Positions 56,101 to 64,000 of a DNA stretch of 64,000 bases are shown here, in pieces (positions within the stretch are counted from its first letter, which is position 1; each line of letters begins with the position of its first letter). Both the position numbers and the translations under genes were made by a program. Below the pieces are notes generated by a model. That model was not told where the DNA came from, made no database searches, and was given only the letters and a program-made list of their open reading frames with translations. The stretch is taken from assembly GCA_021613535.1 (NCBI GenBank), contig CP075496.1:2604001-2668000 (forward strand), given 5' to 3'. Origin of the DNA: Adineta vaga (taxonomy: Eukaryota; Animalia; Rotifera).

Positions 56101-57413
56101 CTTCGACATTTAAATTAGCTGCGATATTTTGATCTGTTTCAGGGTCAGATTCGGTCGATGAAGAGGTTTTATCAGATGGTGTATCGACCGGATTTTGTGA
56201 ATCTGATATTGTTCTCCTCTGGAGATCATTTACAACGTCTTTATAAGCAGCTTGTTGTCGACGAGTACGAATAGCGTCTTTTGATCTGGGGTTGGCATGT
56301 GATTGTTTCACGAGTTTATTCCACTCGTTGCATAATCGATCGAGTATTTGGCCCTTTTTAATCGATTTAAGTTTAATTTCAAGATTAGCCAACATGATGT
56401 CTTCGTCTTTATTCCATGCTATCCGTATTAGGGCAGTTTTTTTTGATTTTTCATATGCTTCTGCATGTTTAGCTCGCATATGTGACGTGAGGCCTCTTTT
56501 TATTTGTCGCAATGTGTATGATGTTTTCATCGTAGCAGATCTCACATTGCAGTGCAGGGATATTAAGTGGTGCTTTAGGAGTGATAGTGGCTGCCAGAGT
56601 TGAAGGTGGCAATTGTTGATTGGTAGTTGCTATAGGTGTAGTTGGTTGTTTTCGCTTACATGCGGGATGGTGCGATTTAATACTACCTATAGTGAGAAAT
56701 ATTTTACCACATATTTTACATTTGTATTTTATGTCATGGACATTATGATCGTTCATTACATGTTCACGGAGTTCAAGGTGAGTGCGACAGCTAGTGTCGT
56801 CACAGATAAGACAGATGATCCCTTCAATAGATACTCTATCGTATAGACTGAAGATGGAGAAACTAGCGTTTCCTTGGATGGAGCACCATTATCAATCATG
56901 CCAGAATCTGAATGCGCATGCTGAGTTAGTAAGTTTACTCGAGCTTGTCGTGTATTTCTAGTGTTCATTGGAAGTGCGTATTCAGGTAATCTGAAGGGGT
57001 TGCAGACCCCAATCAGATTTCGAACTATTAGCAGAGCTACTAGCTTTGTCTGCTCAGCGTATACATCGTGCCCATACGTAACTACGTTACCTACAGTACA
57101 ATGGACCGTTTTGAAGAAACAACAAAGTCTTCACTCCCCCAGGGCGACGTGGTCACCTATTGGCATAGGTTTCCGGACGAAGTTCGTATTTTCTATCCGA
57201 ACGCAAGCAGAGGTCCGGCTCGTTTCTACACAGTGCTTTCTTTTCAAGGCCTACGAATAGACTTGCCACACTGGCGGTGGACTCAAAGAAGCCGATCACT
57301 GGCCTCCATTTCACGATATATCTTGTTGACGAAGTCAGAAACAAGGGGTTTCGATATGCACCTAAGACAATTCTAAATCTTTACCAATACTAAGCGATGT
57401 TACAAAACATAAC
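53117..57413 (-). mobile_element. R9-type (R2 clade) rDNA-specific non-LTR retrotransposon, copy A, full length (4297 bp)
   Basis: Single ZF-Myb-RT-RLE ORF in the same orientation as the rRNA. Inserted 1436 bp upstream of the canonical R2 position with a very long TSD, as described for bdelloid R9. Confidence 0.93.
53442..56968 (-). CDS. R9 polyprotein copy A (3 zinc fingers, Myb, RT, CCHC, restriction-like endonuclease); three 1-bp indels as assembled
   Basis: WRPITI, DVAKAFDSV, GVKQGDSLSPLLF, CFADD, YLG, CRRCHAENESLMHILQYC, RHN, RPDIIAV..VIDIQ, KTQKY. Indels near 56830, 56499 and 55930. Confidence 0.9.
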
Positions 57414-57546
57414 CATACCCATTTAAAGTTTGTCAATAGGTTGAGCGTATTTTACGCCCAATGCCTCTAAACATTCGCTTTACCGGATATAACTGTGAAA
57501 ATTGAATGCCAGCTATCCTGAGGGAAACTTCGGACGGAACCAGCTA
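57414..57546 (-). repeat. 133-bp 28S target-site duplication, middle copy (others at 52984-53116 and 61843-61975)
   Basis: CATACCCATTTAAAG...GGAACCAGCTA occurs three times in unit 4 and once in each empty unit. Confidence 0.97.
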
Positions 57547-60500
57547 GTTCCTGTTTATTTCAATTTTTTCCAACAAAAAAACTGATAAAAAAATAACACA
57601 CACAAAAGAGACGACAGATTGATACATAAACGTTCAACAAAAACATGCAAGAAAGGTGAACAGGAATAGACGCAGCATATGTGCGACACATTTGGGATGT
57701 GAATTCGGATGCTATCGTCATAAAGACATCTTACTTGTATCGATATATGGAACGGCCATAGGCTGTTCACCTCACGGGAAGTATTACAGGGAAGAAGGGG
57801 AAAAGAAGAATTTGGCGCAATTTCGTTATTTAGTCAATAGTGTCCCGTTCTTGCTCTTGATAACTATTGAATTATTGTTCCGAGAATTCTTGGAGGTTGT
57901 TGTGGAATGAGTATATAATTTTTAATGAGTTCTCCATACAGTTTAATGCCAGATAGCGCAGCTCTGAAGAAGTGAAACCAAATTCGTACCAGATGTTAAG
58001 GTGACCATAGTGGAATGAACCTCTAGAACCAACTATAAGGATTTTAAAAGAGACTTCGGAGCATTGATGTCTCGTCTTGATGAATTCGGTTAGAGGCATA
58101 TACTTTTGTGTTTTCATGGCGGAAGCGTTCGTAAATGATGCGCCAGAAGATTCATATACATTTTGTATATCAATTACGTAAGCATGCCCATCTTTTACAG
58201 CAATGATATCTGGTCTAAGGGTGTTCGGTAAACCGGTTATATCAGTGGTAAAGGCTTTTTCAGCGTAGACTGTGAACCCTCTTTTTGTTAGTTTTTCGGT
58301 CACACGTGAACATATTAGATTGTGTCTTTTATATCTTAAGCCTTTGGTACTTTTGCAGTACTGTAATATATGCATGAGGCTTTCGTTTTCTGCATGACAT
58401 CTTCTGCACATTTTATCGGTGAGTAACCCTCTCGTAGTGGTTATTCTGGTTTCAAGAGTATTAGTTCTTAATTTAATGCCATTAATATATGTTCTTCCTT
58501 TAAGTGTTTTACAGTCCCCGTATAACCAGAAGTTGGTTAGGGGACATGTTGCGAAGACTTCAGCACCGTATCCGTGGACTTTATTGGCAAATGATACTCT
58601 TCTCTCTTTCATTATTTCGATCTTCCTTTGTTTTAAATCATCAGCTTCAAAGGAGCTGTCAAGGCTAAGTTCATTTGTAAATCTATGGATGAAGGGAAAA
58701 CCTTGGTTTTCCATTAGATATTTAAGGATAGCGTCATCGGATCTCATAATTGATTTATATATCCGGACTTTTGCTAATCCAATAACGTCTCTTAGCAGGG
58801 GATCTGTAGTCCTCCCTCTTTTGTTGGAAGATAGAAGAATTCTATACTAAGGCTCGTTGGCAGGTGAAGTATAGATCTGATGGTACGTCTAATGCAGATA
58901 TCAATTTGTTTTAGAATTTTAGGATATAATTCTAAATTAATTAGTTGGTATATATATAAGGGAATCACATGGGAACGCAGGAGGTCGATCTTTTGTTGAG
59001 GCTTAAGAGATATTTTCTGTAGTTTGACAAGAGTGTTACTGATCTCTTCTTTAATTGTATTAGCATTGATCGAACCTACTGATGTGAACTTTATGCCAAG
59101 ATATTTGGTATAATTTGTTACATATCCTAAGATCGGAATCGGTACATCTTTGATGGTAAATACCGGTTCTGTTACAATCTTACTTTTTTTACCTTTATAG
59201 CCTTTTTCTAAAGCTATGGACATGCACTTTTAGCGTTCACTTGTAAACCACGTTCGTCAAGAAATTTCGTTGTTTCTGAAATCATGTGTCCCATACCAAT
59301 TTTTGTTCCTGATATTAGACATATATCATCGGCAAAGCATTTGATGTTGGTTGAACCGATGTTGTCAATTCTATATCCAAATTGATCGCCAAGTATTTCG
59401 AATAGTTCATCAGTTACTAAGTTAAACAGTAGTGGTGACAGAGAGTCACCTTGTTTGACTCCTCGCTTGATGAAAATTTTCTTTGAGCTTACTTCTTTGT
59501 AGGATATAGAAGTGCAGCTGTCGATATACTGATTACGTACTAGTTCAATGAAAGAGGGTGGAGCTCGATGTCTTGTTAGAGCTCGAAAAATACTTTCATG
59601 TGGAACAGAATCAAAAGCTTTAGCTACATCAATCAGACAAACGTTAATATCTCTTTTTCTTAGTCTTGCATGTTTGAGAAGATGGTGCAGCCATTGAATG
59701 TTCATGCTACATCCATTAATTGGTGTGAAGCCCAATTGTCGTTTGTCGATTTCAAAATATTTGCTCATACGGTGCCCGATGATTTTATTAAAAAGACGAA
59801 GTAGAACCGATGATATCGTTATAGGTCTCCAATTAGTGATTTTATCGAGATCTATGTTTCCTTTTGGAATTAGTGTAGTACGATTCAATTTGAGTTCAGA
59901 TGGAATTCGTCTACTACCTAGCCAGATGTTAAAAGCAACAAGAAGATCTTCATCCGCTAGTAGTTTAGCCTCTTGTAGGGTTACCAGATCGAGTCCTTTA
60001 GCCGTATCTCGTTTGGTCCTTTTGATTACATTGTCTATATCCAGTTTAGTAATAGGTGATAGCAGTTGGAAATTACTGTTGTTCGTCATGGATTTAGGTT
60101 CAACAGAGTGCTGATCACGAGTATAGACGGACCATATTTGCTCGTAGAACTGAACGGCTGCATTAATAGGGGGTGGGTCGATGTTCGGTGACACTCCATT
60201 GATAAGTTCATCCATAAGCCTAGATTTATTATGACTATATAGACGTTGATAATAAGCACGTTCATTAGCTTTACTTATGCGAGATAAGTTTCGAGCATTT
60301 TTCTTATTCGTAGCAAGCATATTTTTGTTGATTCTTTGGCTACTGGAGTTATTTCTGTTACGATTTCTGATGTTGGACAGTGAGTGGTTTATTCCAAGCA
60401 TCGTTAGTTGAACAGCATCAGTAGTCATACTAGAGTTTAAAAATGCTTGTATAGCATCTTTCATGAAAGTAGATAATTTCCTATTAGTTATATGCATATC

Positions 60501-61842
60501 ATTGAGCATGTTTTTTATAGCACTCACATCTTCGACATTTAAATTAGCTGCGATATTTTGATCTGTTTCAGGGTCAGATTCGGTCGATGAAGAGGTTTTA
60601 TCAGATGGTGTATCGACCGGATTTTGTGAATCTGATATTGTTCTCCTCTGGAGATCATTTACAACGTCTTTATAAGCAGCTTGTTGTCGACGAGTACGAA
60701 TAGCGTCTTTTGATCTGGGGTTGGCATGTGATTGTTTCACGAGTTTATTCCACTCGTTGCATAATCGATCGAGTATTTGGCCCTTTTTAATCGATTTAAG
60801 TTTAATTTCAAGATTAGCCAACATGATGTCTTCGTCTTTATTCCATGCTATCCGTATTAGGGCAGTTTTTTTTGATTTTTCATATGCTTCTGCATGTTTA
60901 GCTCGCATATGTGACGTGAGGCCTCTTTTATTTGTCGCAATGTGTATGATGTTTTCATCGTAGCAGATCTCACATTGCAGTGCAGGGATATTAAGTGGTG
61001 CTTTAGGAGTGATAGTGGCTGCCAGAGTTGAAGGTGGCAATTGTTGATTGGTAGTTGCTATAGGTGTAGTTGGTTGTTTTCGCTTACATGCGGGATGGTG
61101 CGATTTAATACTACCTATAGTGAGAAATATTTTACCACATATTTTACATTTGTATTTTATGTCATGGACATTATGATCGTTCATTACATGTTCACGGAGT
61201 TCAAGGTGAGTGCGACAGCTAGTGTCGTCACAGATAAGACAGATGATCCCTTCAATAGGATACTCTATCGTATAGACTGAAGATGGAGAAACTAGCGTTT
61301 CCTTGGATGGAGCACCATTATCAATCATGCCAGAATCTGAATGCGCATGCTGAGTTAGTAAGTTTACTCGAGCTTGTCGTGTATTTCTAGTGTTCATTGG
61401 AAGTGCGTATTCAGGTAATCTGAAGGGGTTGCAGACCCCAATCAGATTTCGAACTATTAGCAGAGCTACTAGCTTTGTCTGCTCAGCGTATACATCGTGC
61501 CCATACGTAACTACGTTACCTACAGTACAATGGACCGTTTTGAAGAAACAACAAAGTCTTCACTCCCCCAGGGCGACGTGGTCACCTATTGGCATAGGTT
61601 TCCGGACGAAGTTCGTATTTTCTATCCGAACGCAAGCAGAGGTCCGGCTCGTTTCTACACAGTGCTTTCTTTTCAAGGCCTACGAATAGACTTGCCACAC
61701 TGGCGGTGGACTCAAAGAAGCCGATCACTGGCCTCCATTTCACGATATATCTTGTTGACGAAGTCAGAAACAAGGGGTTTCGATATGCACCTAAGACAAT
61801 TCTAAATCTTTACCAATACTAAGCGATGTTACAAAACATAAC
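57547..61842 (-). mobile_element. R9-type retrotransposon, copy B, full length (4296 bp)
   Basis: Nearly identical to copy A with identical junctions; the only differences I found are 1-bp indels. Confidence 0.93.
57872..61397 (-). CDS. R9 polyprotein copy B; two 1-bp deletions as assembled; consensus ORF 1175 aa
   Basis: N-terminal CCHH/CCHC/CCHH fingers (CLIC..HVMNDH; CKIC..HHPAC; CEIC..HMRAKH), Myb (WNKDED), RT and RLE. Deletions near 59230 and 58800. Confidence 0.9.
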
Positions 61843-62783
61843 CATACCCATTTAAAGTTTGTCAATAGGTTGAGCGTATTTTACGCCCAATGCCTCTAAA
61901 CATTCGCTTTACCGGATATAACTGTGAAAATTGAATGCCAGCTATCCTGAGGGAAACTTCGGACGGAACCAGCTACTAGATGGTTCGATTAGTCTTTCGC
62001 CCCTTAACGCATGTTTGACGATCGATTTGCACGTCAGAACCGCTACGAACTTCCACCAGGGTTTCCCCTGGCTTCATTCTACACACGTTAAGTTCACCAT
62101 CTTTCGGGTCTCATTGCATATACTCTTACTAAGCTCTTTGCCAGCGGCAATAGAACCTGTCAGTGTTGCGTTCATTGTCATGATTTGCACCAGATGACAG
62201 AAATCACACTTCAAACATTGCAAGAATGTTCTTTACTTTCATTACGAGCAAGGCTTTTCATACTGCCGAACTCTTGCACATGCAGTGAACTCCTTAGACC
62301 GTGTTTCAAGACGGGTCGAATAACTCGGCATTCAAAACTCCTGTTGACTTGCCGATTTCATTGACAGCCACAAAACATTAGGCATTGACAATGAATAAAA
62401 CTAATATTGTTTAGATATTAGTTACTCATGTAACACAAACAATGCTCATGGCGTGCCGTACTCGAAAGTACTGAAATCAAAGAACACGTCAGTTTACCTA
62501 TAACGCCAAGTCGAATTTGTTATTTATGCAAGTCATATTTTTAACACGACTAAAAGTCGCTACCAAAATAGACTGATTCGACTAGCTGTAATGTTATAGA
62601 TCCAGGTTCAGTTAATACTTTGAAAATGCATCCGATTCTAGGCAAGAACATATCAATGGACTGTTGAAGTTCCAAATCAACATGTATTACCATCATATAG
62701 AAATCGAATTGAATCCAAAGTAATCTGATGAATGCGGCCATTCGTTTTCTTCTGTACGGTTTTACGTACTATTTAACTCTCTC

Positions 62784-62834
<51 letters not shown>

Positions 62835-63176
62835 GTTATAATATTTAGCTTTGGAACAAGTTTACGTCCCACGTTGGCGTAGCAATCTCAAACTACGCTA
62901 CTCGAAAGGTAGACAATGTACGGCACAGAACTATTCGTGATTATAGGACTAGCACCTTCTATGGTTAAAGCCCTGATCAAAGGAACTCACACGAACAGGC
63001 ACCATACAGTAGTTACCCCAAATGCTACAATGCATGTCAGAAGTAAATCTAACACGCTTCAGCAATGAGCTTTTGCCGGTTCATTCGCCATTACTAAGGC
63101 AATCTCAGTTGATTTCTTTTCCTTTGCTTATTAATATGCTTAAGTTCAGCAAGTATTCTAATTTGACTTCAGCTTG
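61843..63176 (-). rRNA. 28S rRNA, unit 4, 5' portion
   Basis: 28S resumes at the third TSD copy and runs to the ITS2 boundary. Confidence 0.96.
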
Positions 63177-63470
63177 AAATGTGAAAATAAATGGATAAGT
63201 ATATATTACACACATATTTATGTTACAAAGTCATTCGATTGCATGTTGATTATCAGTAACATGGATATGATAAAGATTTCTCATGTTATGACAGTTCACA
63301 CAATAAAATTCATTTGTGTATGTGTATAACTCCGTTTTATACGTATACAACATTATATAGAAATCTATATAATGATATATGTTATATATGTCTTGCAAGC
63401 TAGATAAAGTAATATTATCGAACTTGCCAGCAATTCATTTAGAAAATAAATGAATTTGATGTTATGTAAA

Positions 63471-63624
63471 CAAGACTGAAGCAAATTTAGCCTCGACTAA
63501 TGTCTTGGCTGCTAGATGCGTTCGAGTTATTCATGCTCAATGTGTCCTGCAATTCGCATTGCTTTCTCGCACTTTGCTGCGCTCTTCATCGAATAACGAG
63601 CCGAGTGATCCACCGTACAGAATT
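63471..63624 (-). rRNA. 5.8S rRNA, unit 4
   Basis: Copy of unit 1. Confidence 0.95.
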
Positions 63625-63844
63625 ATTTTTTTTTGTTTCTGTATATGTATACAATTCGATTCATATTCAATGACAAACAACAATGATTTGTTGAATGGAA
63701 AAGTTTGAAACAAGTCACAGTTTTGAATATACTATGACTTGTTAGTTACATAATGGTGCGACACAATCATCACACATGTAATATGTATGATGATCGTGCG
63801 AAGTTAGAAGTTTTGTTTATGATTGGAAATCAATCATAGAACGG

Positions 63845-64000
63845 TAATGATCCATACGCAGGTTCACCTACGAATACCTTGTTACGACTTTTACTTCCTC
63901 TAAATGATCCAGTTTGAGCATCTTTTCGATAAAAACCGAACGACCCGAGAGCCGCTCGGAAAACCAAGCCGAAGATCTCACTAAAACATTCAATCGGTAG
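63845..64000 (-). rRNA. 18S rRNA, unit 4, 3' end (cut by window edge)
   Basis: GTCGTAACAAGG...GGATCATTA. Confidence 0.95.

Larger units (their letters stand above)
16477..64000 (-). repeat. Tandem 45S rDNA array, ~10.4 kb units, left end truncated inside the IGS
   Basis: Near-identical repeats at successive offsets of about 10401, 10399 and 10398 bp. Homology begins abruptly at 16477 (equivalent to 26878). Confidence 0.99.

Noticed and set aside
55847-56968. Programmed frameshifting or a two-ORF organisation for R9
   Set aside because: The break positions differ between the copies and each is absent from the other copy.
53989-61805. + strand ORFs antisense to R9 and small UTR ORFs
   Set aside because: Shadow frames of the RT ORF or the structured UTR; no recognisable protein features.

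Overview
AT-rich animal genomic DNA with short (~50-60 bp) GT-AG introns. It is most likely a bdelloid rotifer (Adineta-like), inferred from the R9-type 28S insertion and the divergent rDNA. Bases 1-11.4 kb hold three + strand host genes: the 3' part of a probable AF9/ENL-like gene, a tandem-doublecortin protein with an IQ motif and a possible AKAP helix, and an alpha-arrestin. Bases ~12.6-16.5 kb hold a 5'-intact Jockey/I-group LINE on the - strand, with an intact gag-like ORF1 and an APE-RT ORF2 ruined by two internal deletions. Its 5' end is fused directly to the terminal spacer of a tandem 45S rDNA array (- strand, ~10.4 kb period, three complete units plus most of a fourth). The fourth 28S gene carries two full-length head-to-tail R9 (R2-clade, RLE) retrotransposons, flanked and separated by three copies of a 133-bp target duplication. 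The most unexpected signal is downstream of LINE ORF2: an inverted, diverged copy (46/50 nt core) of the rDNA spacer/ETS boundary, the probable Pol I promoter, with spacer-subrepeat-like flanks.
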